From Octopus vulgaris (lineage: Eukaryota): a stretch of 64,000 bases of DNA. Of the stretch, positions 24,816-39,291 are shown piece by piece (the stretch's first letter is position 1; the number at the start of each line of letters is the position of its first letter). The translations under genes and the position numbers were made by a program. The DNA is taken from assembly GCA_951406725.2 (NCBI GenBank), contig OX597832.1, forward strand, positions 66,464,001 to 66,528,000, read 5' to 3'. The notes under the pieces were generated by a model that saw only the letters and a program-made list of their open reading frames with translations, did no database searches and was not told where the DNA came from.

Positions 24816-25582
24816 ACGTAAACGGAAGTAAACGGACACAAAAGCAAACGAACGAAATTGACAAGAGCGAAGCTGATGAACCCTGTTTATTTTTTTCGTA
24901 ACTTAAAATCTTAAACTCCTTGCACATTTCAGCGATTTTAATTTCTGTTTGAAGAAACAAAATTGACGCAAAGAAAACAAATAGTGAATCTCGAAAAGGA
25001 AATTAAACTGACCCTAAAGTTGTTATAAGTTGCCTCCCGATATTATGTTCCAACGAAGACCAAGATGACGGTGCTACTGGTCCTTAACAACAACATCACG
25101 ACAATAAAATGGCTTCTCCGGAATAGCAATTCTGGTCAAGAATATAATGGTTGAAACAAAATAAATACATAAAAACAGCATTAAAATTTGTAGTAATTTT
25201 TTTCTGTTTTCTTATAAAAGTAGTAAATTTCATTTTCGATCAACTAAATCGTGTTTTAGAATTTTTCTTTCATTCTTAACTTTGTGTCATATTAGAGAAA
25301 AAAGCTTGTCTCTACTGTTTAAGTTAATTTAAGGACTATATTTATTTTTAGTCGGTTACTGTATTTACTGACATAAAAACTATGAAGTAAGAAGTGTATA
25401 AAATGCCTGAACACAAATATCTCGATTTTAGAACCGAAGCGGCCGGTTATCCCGTTTCGGCTCCATTTTAACACCCTGCCCACAATGCCGCGTACCTTAA
25501 TCACATATTTATCACAAATGATATTCTTAATCTACGTTGTATAATTTCCGATACATTTGCATAAGGAAATATATATATATAT

Positions 25583-25760
25583 AGGCACAGGAATAGCTGT
25601 GTGGTAAAATATTTGCTTCCAAACAACCAGATCCAGGGTTCAACCTTAACCCAGGTTAGTTCTTCTATTACAGTCTTGAGGTGATCAAACCCTTGTGTAT
25701 GGATTTGTTGGACTGAAATTGAAAGAAATCCGTGGTATAGAGCATATACAAACATACATA
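25583..25760 (+). mobile_element. Degenerate tRNA-derived SINE (OR1-like)
   Basis: GGCACAGGAATAGCTGTGTGGTAAAATATTTGCTTCC...GGGTTCAACC...CCTTGTGTATGGATTTG; same family as 34150-34270 and 63927-64000. Confidence 0.65.
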
Positions 25761-25825
25761 CGTTGTGCTAATTTTGGCGATGAATTCATTCTCATTATTG
25801 CTCTAAATGTTACAGTCTGATACAT

Positions 25826-25958
25826 CTAGAGATATTGCTGTAACCCATAATCACTTTGTGGATGACCTCGAGATTTATGCTACGAATGTTAAGAATACCA
25901 AAAAATCAGTTGGAATTAATAACAACAGTTTCACCTGACATAGGAATTGAATTTAACT
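25826..25958 (+). mobile_element. R4/Dong-like LINE RT catalytic-motif fragment
   Basis: SRDIAVTHNHFVDDLEIYATNVKNT..NQLELITTVSPDIGIEF contains FVDD and the DIG.EF motif. Confidence 0.7.
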
Positions 25959-25975
25959 ATTTATATACACATCTC

Positions 25976-25977
25976 TT

Positions 25978-26009
<32 letters not shown>

Positions 26010-26028
26010 TCTATTTATCCATCTATCC

Positions 26029-26090
<62 letters not shown>

Positions 26091-26110
26091 ATATATATAT
26101 ATATCTATCT

Positions 26111-26188
<78 letters not shown>

Positions 26189-26200
26189 CTATCTATCTAT
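25976..26200. repeat. (CTAT)n/(CT)n/(AT)n compound microsatellite
   Basis: Directly visible. Confidence 0.95.
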
Positions 26201-26864
26201 CCACAACCAGATAGATGAGTACACTTACATGACACAAAATACATTGATATCTAAGCGAACTGAAGCCAAAAAGCTGTACAATTACAAATGTATATGAACA
26301 ACTGCTTTGTTGATAGAGTTAAAACCCAATCGAGGTTTCTTAGATGTAAATTAGAAACCGGTACTTTTGCATTAGCGAAAAACCTACAGGTAGAAATATA
26401 TACTAAAATATAAAAAAGCATACACACCTATTTAGTCATAAATTTTATATATTTAATAAATATATTTTCATGATTAATTAGTTATTATAGGAAAACATAT
26501 TAGCGTGCTATTTCAGTGAACTAGCATTTAATAATGCGCAGTGACTGTAAAGAAGTATGAACTGTGAAAGCAATCTGCTAAAAGGACAACCCACAATCGA
26601 TCGAAAAAATAACAGCCTAGCATTTCAGGATGCACATGGAGATGTGATATTCCATTTGTATTAAGAGAAAAAGCAAATCAAAAAAATAAAAGTAATTATA
26701 AGATGTGTGATTTTCCAGACATAAAACTAATGTAATCACTCAGACGAGACATCTTGTAAAATAAAAACGATTTACATCAAACCAAATTCTCGGGAGATGT
26801 CCAATGATTTTCATAAAAAAGTGCACAAGTGTAGATTTCGCTTTCATTATTATTATTATTATTA

Positions 26865-26923
<59 letters not shown>

Positions 26924-29414
26924 GCAAAAATTTCATCCACTAATAATTACAAGAGTACCCAACCTCAAAACTATCCGTACTAGTATGTCTAATATCACAT
27001 TAGTTATCTGTTGTGACATGGTGGAATATAATTTACAATTAGAGATACGTGTACATACTAAACAATTGGGAAAATGTTGCTGCTATAGAAAGATAAATTG
27101 AATCAACTTGCAGAGAACCAATGTACTCGACATCCATTTCGTCCCACTGTGCGGGAAAATAAAACAGAATACATCCTCGATTTCTCATGTTCCATATTCG
27201 TCCTCGTTAAAAATATGAGCTTCGACTCAGTCCAACAACTTACAGTGGCATATTGATTATAGAAAGCTGAACAGTAACCCCTGATCAAGAACCAAGAGAA
27301 ACCAGCCAGCCTTATTGTGCACTTTAATTCTTGTCAAAATCTGATAAATGATGAGTTGGAAATCGCTAAATCGCCTCCAGCATAATTTCTGTGGTATACG
27401 TAAACGTATGTCAATAACTTCATTTGTAAATCCTGTTACGTGATATGGATGTAGATCATCGTCGATTCAGGTAAAATGAATGGTGTGCGAAATGAAGGTA
27501 GAGCTGGTTTGTCTATCGCAAACACACTTTACAAAAGAATTGGTGCCTCTTCCTGCTGCTCCAGTTGCTAGATTGATGGAAATACGGTTAGTCCACGCTA
27601 TAAAGCGCAGTATATATTTTTTTAGCGACTAAGCTTCTAATTTGAGATGTAGGAGGTGTCCTATTATTCTTCACATAGAAATGGAATACAGTGCGTTGTG
27701 AATCTCGCGATATTTTAGAACAAGCAATGTCACGCTTAGAAAATAAATCTCAATTACAATGAACAAATTCTAATAAAACTATTAGACAAAATAATGGTTA
27801 GCGATAAAAATACGCAAAATAAAGAATATAAAATAATACTATTTGGAATAAATCTCTGGAGCCATGAATGCGCTGCTTTTCATGAAGTAATTAACTGCCT
27901 CAATGTAACTTGTCTGAATAAACCTGTCAAAGGCTTTTTCTTATCCTCTTTTTTTAGTCCTAGATTCCGACACTAACGCAGATCAATGTGCTTTTGTTTA
28001 TTATCTTTTTTAATCATATGATATTCCTGATATTCCCCCCCATCACTTTACGCAACGTATGCTTAGCCGAAACATATATCATAGACCAAACCACGAGATA
28101 CACGTTGTTTGAATTCATTTCCTAAAATAACAAATACACTGTTTATCCCGTCGAGCAAAACGGTTTAATTTCAAAGATTCAATGATGCACTTACAGAAGG
28201 AACTTCAAATTATTACTTATTTTGTTACAGCCATCAGATGCGGCCATACATTAACACTGTTCTATTGATATCATTAATTGTGAGAGACTTTCTCTGAAAA
28301 TATTATGATTATTGCCTTGCCGTTTAGTTCTCTTGAGAATTCGTAATGAAAATATTGTGGACAATGTCCGGAAAACGCATGGGACATCGTTTGAAATATG
28401 ATTCCATTTTCTCAGAGGAAATTTACTCAAAAATCAATATTAATATCAAACAATGATGACTAACATTTTAACGAATATGAACAGACAAACCCGATTTGTC
28501 AACATTACAAGTAAACAGAGATAAATAAAATTGTGTATTAATAGCATTAGAATGAAAAACAAATAACACAAACTTCAACTTTCAGAATTGCTAACGTAAT
28601 CACTAAAATATTAAATTAATTATCCGTTAATTTTCTGTCGATGTGTTTATTTTACCTTTCCTCTATTATGTTATAAAAGCAAACTGTAAAATATTCAATA
28701 AAACTTACGTAGTTTCCAGTCAGCTATCATTGATGATTTATTTTTCTTATAGATGTGCTTTTTTTTAAATTCTGCATTTATTTTCTCTCTGTCATTAAAT
28801 TGATATTTTCTTTGACTCTACATTTTATGTGTGCTGTTTCAATTTAAACCAAAAAATAAAAAGTGACGTTCAAATATTGATGTTTTATTTGGCAGCAAAT
28901 AAAACAAAATCTATATCTATTCTGACACTAGACATCACAGTAATCCGTTCTCATTCAATTTAGATCGTCATTTATTATTTTGTGTAAATGCATTAGTTGA
29001 CTCTTATGTACATCCGAATATGTCGGGGCTCAGATTATGAAGTGTTTTTCTCCAAATGCATCATGTTTGGAAATGATATTAATTTTAATATGCAACTTTG
29101 ATTCCCCAAATCATGTGTCCTATGAGATAGATTGTTGGGCTCACCATTGTTTGTCCATGGGTTCCAGTCTCCGATCGAGCTAGGAGTTGTGCCCTTGAAC
29201 AAACTACTTTATTTCAGGTTGCTCCAGCAGATATAGACTTCAACCTAGACGTTCAGGGGTGATACAAAAATGTAAATTCTAGACAGTGGAATCATTCATA
29301 TGATATTGTTAATACTACTGGCATTTTATTTCATAAATCTTAACCTTTTCCTCTTCATGTAATATTCTTCTTCGACTACTACAGTTGCCTCACATATTCA
29401 CTACTACATATTTA

Positions 29415-29503
29415 TGCCCTTAGCTCACAAACTGCCCTAGCTCATATATTGTCCTAGCTCACATGTTGCTCTAGCGCACATATTCACCTAGCTCTACACA
29501 TAT
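29415..29503. repeat. Minisatellite, about 5 copies of a 17-bp unit (TGCCCTAGCTCACATAT)
   Basis: Units tgcccttagctcacaaac / tgccctagctcatatat / tgtcctagctcacatgt / tgctctagcgcacatat / tcacctagctctacacatat. Confidence 0.8.
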
Positions 29504-31136
29504 CAAAGAATTTGCTTTGCCACATATTAGATTGCATGGTATCGCTTGACAAATTAATCTTTTCCTATCAAACCTTTTGTGAATGCACATGGTACTTACG
29601 TACATAAGTAATTTGAATCAAGACCTATGATTTAATATATACATATAATCTCTACACCATATTATGAGTCACAAAACTGACATGTTCTTTCTTGAAAACT
29701 GGACGTATTCGGATTCGGCACCTTTGATTGCCCATAACTCAGACCAGATCATACTTGAACCATGAAACAACATTTATTGACCATATATATTCCTTTTTTT
29801 TTTGGCGACAGAATGTCCCCTAAATACTTCGAATTTTATCTCAGATTTGCTTGAACATATGTCTGTCTTATCAAAAGACTATGAAACTTCGGATAAATAA
29901 TGCCGATGTTATTCCATTTGGATAGCGCTGACATGTAGGACTTTCGAAAGGGATTTCATGTGTATGGTATCAAATGTTATGGGGAATTTGATGTGATCAA
30001 TAGGCATTTTGATGTTGAATTCAATTGATTTTTCTATTAAATGTTGTTTGTTCTATTGTGCCACTTCCAAGCTGGAAGCAGTAAGAATCAAACGAAAACT
30101 GGTGTATGAGTACTTTTGTGTATACGTAAACACAGACTCATATAGATGCACAACAGAAGTAAAAGGAACTTTAATAATATGGTATAGAGATAATATGTAT
30201 TGATATATTAATCCATAGGTGTTGATTCAGTCATTTCTTCTATTATCATCTAGATTACTTCTCAGATGCCCTAGGACAGTATCACTTAAAGTGGTGGTTC
30301 ACCGACCGGGGCTGGTCAGCGAGCCCTCATTTGCCGATACGTGGCGAGTTTCCGGAAAAGAAACAAACATAAAATGTTTATATTATATTGTATTATTTGA
30401 TGCAAAATAAATATAAGATAAACCGCTTGTCAACTTTTATTATATTCATTATATATATTGTTTTCGGTATAAATTGATATTACTAATACATATTACTAGT
30501 CTCTGGCACATTGGAAAAAATACTGCCGATACCCCATATGAGATAGTTTGATATGTAAGAACAATTTTGGCTGTTGACCAGTATTATCATCTCTCCAGTA
30601 ATGATTGAACTTATCTTAAAAATTGAAGACGAATTTAGACCCAGGCACTCTAATACTGTAAAAATAATCTCTAGCCTGATGATATGTTGTTAATAATAAC
30701 GTTATTGTTTATTTTCAAGGTGTCATAAATTACATGAAACTTAGATATATATCAATTTATGGCAAATTATAAAAAAATGTAACAGTTTACAAAGAGAAGA
30801 AAATATCAATTCATGAAGTATTTCATAGTCATTTAATGAGTATTATTACTGGTAAACAGCAGGCTGTGTTAAAATAGTAAATCCATGGAGAACCGACGAA
30901 ACTTTAACAAAAGTTTAGTAACGTTGAAAGTAACAAAGATTTGACTACATCAAGCGTGTAACTTGTGATCTCTGAACTCCATTCGAGATAACACATGGAG
31001 AAGACTTAAAGGTAAATGGTGAAGCAAGAGTCAGAAATGGCTTCAATGTCAATTAAGGAGAGTAGTTATGGAATGACAGCGATGAGAGAGAGTGAGAGGA
31101 TGATTATGAAAGAAAAGTATCTACTCTTCATAGATG

Positions 31137-31177
<41 letters not shown>

Positions 31178-32331
31178 GTGTGAGTGTATGACCACGCGCG
31201 TATGTACCTGTGTTTGTAGTGTGTGTGTGGCTTGGAAGCTATTCGTGCGCTATAGAGACGTACGTATGGGTTCGCAAGAGAAAATATTTAACTTCAGAAG
31301 TGAAAGTTAAAGTTATCTCCATTGACATTAAAGATAACATTTCATAGCACACTCTTACACACTTACATACAAAACACACACAGGCAAACACATACGCGGA
31401 TACACATGCACACACACACCTACATACATATACCCACACAAACACAAACACACCATATCTATGTGCATACGTACTAGCATGTATGAATGCATACATATGT
31501 GTATATATATGTCTATATATGTATGTATATATATATATATATATATTTATGTATGTATGTGCGTGTAAATATATTCATATATACATACATTTATATATCT
31601 ATACATATATACATACATAGATGCATACAAACACATACATATATATATATAAATAAATATACATACATATATATATATATATACATACATATATATATAT
31701 AAATAAATATATATATATATACATGTGTGTGTGTGGGTGTGCATTAAAAGATAGTTATACAAGTACAGATCTAAAACTTATATGATTATATAATATATAT
31801 TTTTACGTATGCAAACTATTTAAATAAAATATATTGTAAAATACATTGTACTGTATATTGTCTGCTCTATTATAGTCTTTAGATGACCAGAAGAAACACC
31901 CGAATACTTATGTCGGAGACAATAAATAAGAGAGGAAATATTTGTCCCTCTAAGAATTCCTGTATTTAAAGCCATAACAAACATTGAATTGTATTTATAC
32001 TTAGCAAAACGTTAACGTTATATGTGAGTATATATATACACAGATATATATGTGTGTATATGTATATACATATATATATATATATATATAAATGCATACA
32101 TGTATACTTACAAAAACTTATATATATATATATTTATATATGTGTTTGTTTATGTATATGTTCACATAAATCTATATGTATAGATCGAAGTATATACACG
32201 TATACGTATTTGTATTAGTTTACATAATTTACTTCGTGTTTACAAATATTTGCTGAATATAGATATTTCGTTTATATTTAATGTTTCATGAAGTGTACAT
32301 ACATACATATATTCATACATACATATATACA

Positions 32332-32382
<51 letters not shown>

Positions 32383-32739
32383 GTATGTGTGTATGTGTAT
32401 GCGTGTGTTTATAAGTGTAAACACATATAGACATACATACAGTTACATTCACAAGCATATATGAATTCAAGTATGTAAATATTTATGTATCTATGTATGT
32501 ATACTTCCTTGCTTCCTTCCGTAAACACAGACAATATTTGAAAGTAGTATGTCAAAATTTCAAATAATTTCACTTCTTTAAACAAAAATTCCCAGTGATT
32601 TTCTTTCAACGTTATTTTCCCGGCATATATATTTGTAAGCATTTCTGTGTGATTAAATGATTGCACATCAATGCTTTCATTGGGTAATTGTATTTTGGTG
32701 AATTTGTCGGTTAATATCTATCTAACTTAATATATCAAT

Positions 32740-33090
<351 letters not shown>

Positions 33091-33241
33091 AAGAAAAACA
33101 GAGAGAGGAAGAGAGGTGAGAATGAGTGAAGATAAAGATAAAGAGATTGACTCATAGATAGATATAATTATACAGATATAGTTATATAATCGTGTTTGTT
33201 TCACCTTGTGCTTGAAGCTAAGTTCTTCAAAAGCATAAAAA

Positions 33242-33306
<65 letters not shown>

Positions 33307-33720
33307 TATACTTATGCACATATTTTTATAGATATGCAATATGTGTGCTTACGTGTGCAGAGTGACTAAACAGAGAGAGTTGGAGGTAACAGGTCTATGG
33401 CAGAGGAAACCTAACAAGTATTACTATATTTGGTATATGGTATGTATATATGTACGGAGTCTGTTCTCAAAAATGGTGTATACGTTTTACGTACAATGCG
33501 TGTTTTGTGTAAATTTGTGTGGTGGAGCATCGATGTTTAATGTCTGTTCATACATTTTTAGTTTGAATATCCTTCTATTCATTATTGTGGACATACATAC
33601 ATACATACATTCACACTGACACTCAAATACACACGTGCCCACACACACATATATATATGGATACGCGTGTATTTATATATATATATATGATGTGTGTATA
33701 TGTGTATGTATATGTACATG

Positions 33721-33853
<133 letters not shown>

Positions 33854-34149
33854 TGTGGCTATGTTCTAGTACACCATCGTTTCGTTGAAGTGTTTTTATT
33901 TATGTTCAGCCATTGTTACTTATGCAATTCCAGTAACAACGTAGGTACATATCTACATTGTCGTCGTCGTCGCCTTCCTCATCGGCGTCGTCTGTGTCTG
34001 CGCCAATTTCATCGATGTTTATATTTTTATTGTCGTAGTCTACTATTTCAATGCATCTATTACAAGCTTTATTACCAATACGTTTTGCGTATTTTATCCT
34101 GCCTTTATTCATGCTGACGCTCAACAACATCTATATGTTTGTGTGTGTG

Positions 34150-34270
34150 TGTGTGCTAAGATACTTGCTGCCTAATCACATGCTTCTGGGTTCAGTCCTA
34201 CTGCGTGGCATCTTGGGCAACGGATTTCTCTTGTAGCCTCGGGCCGACGAAATATTTGTGAGTGGATTTT
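34150..34270 (+). mobile_element. Truncated OR1-like SINE
   Basis: tgtgtgctaagatacttgctgcctaatcacatgcttctgggttcagtcctactgcgtggcatcttgggc matches 63940-64000. Confidence 0.7.
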
Positions 34271-34324
34271 ATTCCTTATAATCTGTTAATTTCCCTGTGT
34301 AGAACTTTGATACATGGTCACCTT

Positions 34325-34399
34325 GCCTCTGATGACTGAACACCTAGTGTACGGACATACTAATCTATTACGTGAGATATCCCAGAAACAGTTCAAGGC
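34325..34399 (+). ncRNA. Degenerate type I hammerhead
   Basis: gccu-CUGAUGA-...-ucccaGAAAC-aguuca-aggc. Stem I (gccu/aggc) and both core boxes are correctly placed; stem II and the cleavage triplet are damaged. Confidence 0.45.
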
Positions 34400-34611
34400 T
34401 TCAAATTCAACTTACCCCAATTAAATTATTATAAATAACTTGGATTTGGTTGTCCTTTTCCTCTAATATATACCTGCTTACATGGAAGCCTCATACGGAT
34501 CCCTAGCTCCAGCCTCACCTGTAAAATTGCAACCTAACGGATGACCAAATATAACAATTACTCAGATTATAAATTTGTTTAGAACCTCAGTAAACTGCCT
34601 CTCTCTCTCTC

Positions 34612-34647
<36 letters not shown>

Positions 34648-35655
34648 CATACATATATACACTACTATGTATTTATCCCATTTAGCGCTCTTGTGAGCTT
34701 GTTTCCTAATAGTCTGCATTAGTTGCGTCGATGAAATACAAACTAGATAGAATTTATGAAAAATATATACCTCGTGGTGTTGGTAGTGGTGTTGGTAGTT
34801 GTATTCATCGTCGTCGTCATCGTAGTAGCAGTAGTAGATTTTGTTGGATATTTTGCATATATCACTTCTTTAATATTCGTTGTTAATTTTAACAGGATGG
34901 TTCTCAATTTGTGCCCCGGTTTGCTTTTATACAGCAGTCATCTCAAACAAAATAAGGCTTAACGTATTTTCATAGCATCCGAGGTTGTTATGACCAAGGC
35001 ATTCGATGTTCTCCTCCTTTATTTGTCGGAAATTTTCTTCATACTTTACAGAGACTGTAAACGTTTCCACTACGTTAATATGATTTCTCACAAATGTAAT
35101 ATTTTTAGGTGCAACGCCAAATGCTCTGATGCAGATATGGCAGCTTAGCTTCAGTTAACGACAGCAGGTCAATGAATGGGGACTATTTAAATAAAAGGAT
35201 GCCATCTTTTCTCACGAACTAATCAAAGTTATTACATTGTGTGTATACATTCAGGATCTCGCAATATAAGATAATTCATCAATGGTACTACGTTATTAGA
35301 ACATTGAACTGCTGGTAAGATTAATATTGAGTTGTGTTAAAATGGTAATGTAATATCTGTTATAGAGACGTTTCTGCTAAGCACGCGACCATTCTAAATT
35401 ATGTTTATCGTTAGGTGAGCCAGGCTGAGAGATTAACTGTGGTTTACTTATTTGTTTTTAAATCTCTGCTAATGGCTTCCTTAAAATCTAAAATTTAAAT
35501 AGGATATGGTAGTGAAGTATTAAATTCATCAATTAACTCTGTCATGCACCAGTATAGATATGCACGCGTGTGCGCAAACACACACACACACATACACTTA
35601 TATGTGTTGTGTGTATACCTATATGCGTATATATATATATATATATATGTGTATG

Positions 35656-35686
<31 letters not shown>

Positions 35687-35695
35687 ATGTGTGTT

Positions 35696-35747
<52 letters not shown>

Positions 35748-36199
35748 TGTATATAACTCTAACATAAATTATCTAATTATCTATTTTTGGTTACTTCCTA
35801 TAGTATCTGTTACTTCTAAAGCATATTTTGCTTTTTCTGGTATTAAAGTGCTCCGGCAACCGTGTATACGGTGGATATGAAAAGGAAAAAAAACAAAAAA
35901 ACCTGAAGCTGATTGATGAAACATTTCCTAATGTAAAGAGGCCATTAGTAAACACACTGTATCCATTATCTCTAGTTTCTACCTCAAGTACTTTTAGGCT
36001 CCACTGAACTTAGAAATTCAGTGCAACTTGAGATACTAGCTTTTCTGTTCAGCTATGTCGTGGCTGACAAATTCAGGTTTGGACGCATGCTTACAGAATT
36101 GAGAGACTCCGACAGTATATTACACGCGGATTTATTATTGTTTTCTAGTGAATCTCCAGTTGTATCAGATCGTTTATCAACCTTGATGTCGTAAATTTA

Positions 36200-36525
36200 A
36201 AACCAGGTAAGTAAAGGTGTTTCGATGAAATCGACACCGGTGATGTTTGGAGCGTAAATAACAGCAGGGAATCTCGCTAATTATTTTGCTCGGTGCGTTA
36301 TTAATTCTGCCAGTTCACGGCCATTATGAATGAAATAATCTCTTCTGGTATAGGAACAAAGCCCGAAATTTTGAGCGAAGGGGAAAGTCAATTACTGTGC
36401 TTGAGAGGCCATCATTCCATCGTTCCCGAAATATGAAACTTGAAATCGCCTTCGGCCGCATTTGAACTCGGAAGGTTCTACTAGGCATTTCGGTTGAGAT
36501 GCTACCGATTCTACCAACCCTCCAG
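36200..36525 (-). mobile_element. Two adjacent degenerate OK-like SINE pieces
   Basis: Reverse complements contain tggccgtgaactggcagaattaataacgcaccgagcaaaat and ggagggttggtagaatcggtagcatctc..gagttcaaatgcggccgaaggcgattt. Confidence 0.55.
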
Positions 36526-37024
36526 CTATACGAATGAAATAATGAAATACTAAGCAATAATCTGAACTTCGACATCACTCGCATTAGTCGTACATACTTG
36601 TGAGCGTTGGCAATGATATTTTCTACACCCTTTTTCGGATCTCAATGAAACAAAGATATCATTGCCATTCAGAGCAGAATATATCTTACACGTAGTACAT
36701 AAGTTTTTTCTAGCTCGAATATACACTAATAATGTCTATCATAGAATTAAGGAAAGAAATTCAGGAGGAGATGTGAGGCAAATAAATTGACTCCTCTATT
36801 TTATTAAACCCTTATGAATGATTATCAAAATTCATCTCGCGAACCCTATAGGTGAAGAACTAAATCATGTATGGTGCGGCATTTTCACGGAAGCCTTGCA
36901 ATACATTTGTATAAAAAAAGTTAGGAATCAAAACATAATAAATGTGTAATACTCTATAGTAATTTTATGGTCCTCGGAAGGCTGTAAAATAGAACCCGTC
37001 TCAGTCACATTTGAACTAAAGGTG

Positions 37025-37400
37025 AAGGCGCAGCGCATAGTGGTTTGCGTATTCGGTTCACGTTTGTGAAGTCATGCGTTCGATTCCCAGGGTCGCATCG
37101 TGTTCTTCAGCAATGTACTTATTTACGTTTCTTCAGTCAACTCAACTGGGAATATGTGTTTCACCTATAATTGAAAGGATAGGTGCTGTTACTTTTTATG
37201 TCAAGCTGAATCTCCCGGAGAACTAACTGAAGGGTACGTGTGTCTGTGCAGTGCTTAGCTACTTAAAAGTTAATTTCACGAGCAGGCTCATCCGTTGATT
37301 GCATTAAATGGGCCCCGAGTCGTCGTAATCGATGGAGTGATAATTAGGTAAGAGAGCTAAGAATGGTAATTTGACATTTTTGTAAGATGCAATATCGACA
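37025..37400 (+). mobile_element. Degenerate tRNA-derived SINE (OR2-like, long)
   Basis: Head GGCGCAGCGCATAGTGGTT...GCGTTCGATTCCC, and a central gttcttcagcaatgtacttatttacgtttcttcagtcaactcaactgg domain shared with 4615-4864. Confidence 0.6.
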
Positions 37401-38465
37401 CTGCCCATAAGATGGTAGAAAAATTCCTCTAAACACACGCGTGCATTATAATTTGTTAACAAAGAATATATTTTCGGAGATTGTTGAAGGGTGACCACAC
37501 CACCGGAAGAAGATCATCCGCCGGTACAAAGCTTCAGATTAGACATAAAAAATAATTTTAACATAAAAAGATGGAGTTTACTGCCATGTCTGGCACAAAT
37601 CTTCATCACATGATCTGTAACATAAATAAAATTGGATCTCTTCTTGCCTTACCTAAACTATACAATTGCGTTAGTTCTTTGTGTGTATTATTCACCAGCA
37701 CAAACAATAGAACCATACTCGGAGTCCATGGGTTTACTTTGATCAATACTACAATTTTGTTTCGTTACTCTAGCTTGTAATTTTGAAATCGATTGTAATT
37801 GGATTTCTATGATGTGTCTTTGGAGTGTACAAATACACATTAGACGCATTCTGAAATCGTCTGTGAAGCTTATAGACCACTATGAAATATTTAAAGTATT
37901 TTCTAATAAATCACCGTTATTGTGTATATATTTTGGTCACTTGACGTCAGTGAGAAGTTTTACATTTACTAATGTGCTATAGAGTGGCATTGGTTTTACA
38001 GCAAATTATATACTGAGATTGGTGACACATATTCATGTATATATATTTAAGAAGGTGACTTAAATTTCTACCATATTCATACATATATATACGTATATAT
38101 ACGTATGTGTGCGTGAGGACAAACATATGGGCATTACTTAGATATTTACATAAACTTTTCTATATCGTGCTGAGGGCGAAGCTAAACTTGTTTTTGCCAG
38201 TTGATTAGTCTTCATAAGCTTCACGCAACCAAACGTAAAGAAATTAGTTCTACGTCACTATTATTCAACTGTCAAAAGCCACTAAGTTTCACTGGAAATA
38301 ATTATAGAATGCTCTGCCTAACCTTTTGAAGCGCTTTCGAGTATCACGACACGTGAGAAGCGGTCAAAAGATTTCTGCTTTTCATTCATGAGACAGGCCA
38401 TAATAAGATTACACATACGCACACATAAAGAAGCATGTGCATATGTGCGTGTGTATGTATGCATG

Positions 38466-38494
38466 TATAGATAGATAGATAGATAGATAGATAT

Positions 38495-38556
<62 letters not shown>

Positions 38557-38671
38557 TGATTGATAGATAGATAGGCAGACAGATATATAGACAGACAGTC
38601 TGATACATATATAGATACATAAATAGATAGATAAACAGACAGATGGATAATAGATAGATAGACAGATAGAC

Positions 38672-38723
<52 letters not shown>

Positions 38724-38796
38724 GGACAGACAGACTGATAGATATATATAGATAGATAAATAGATAGATAAACAGATAGATAGATATATAGATAGG

Positions 38797-38889
<93 letters not shown>

Positions 38890-38915
38890 GGACGGATATA
38901 TGGATAGGTAGATAG
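38466..38915. repeat. Long (TAGA)n microsatellite
   Basis: Directly visible; explains the 246-aa LSIY ORF. Confidence 0.95.
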
Positions 38916-39225
38916 AGAGCGAAATGTAATTGTTGTAAAATATGTTAAAACTTAGTTTTAGTTTGTGCAAACATTTGATTAAAGATTCAACGTGTTCGGT
39001 AGATTGGATAGATAAGTGTATTATATCAATGGTTGATAGTCTACTTAGACAATCACCTCGGGCTGGGCTGCTTTTGATAGACATATAGTGCCTCACTTTG
39101 TGCTGAATCTCTGAGTTGTCAGTCAACTTTTACTTATAATATACACAGATACATACATGCACGTACACTCACATATACACATACACATAGAAGTTTACAT
39201 AAATATATGTTCGTATGTAGGTAAA

Positions 39226-39291
<66 letters not shown>

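Noticed and set aside
24629-24901. Acidic D/E-rich 90-aa ORF
   Set aside because: It derives from (GAT)/(GGT) repeat decay within a compound microsatellite tract.
27105-27185. Minus-strand peptide EDVFCFIFPHSGTKWM (sulfotransferase PSB-like) overlapping a CACAGTG Transib/RSS-like heptamer
   Set aside because: There is an in-frame stop just upstream, the catalytic Lys is absent, no other exons or a second matching end were found, and the match is too short to exceed chance.
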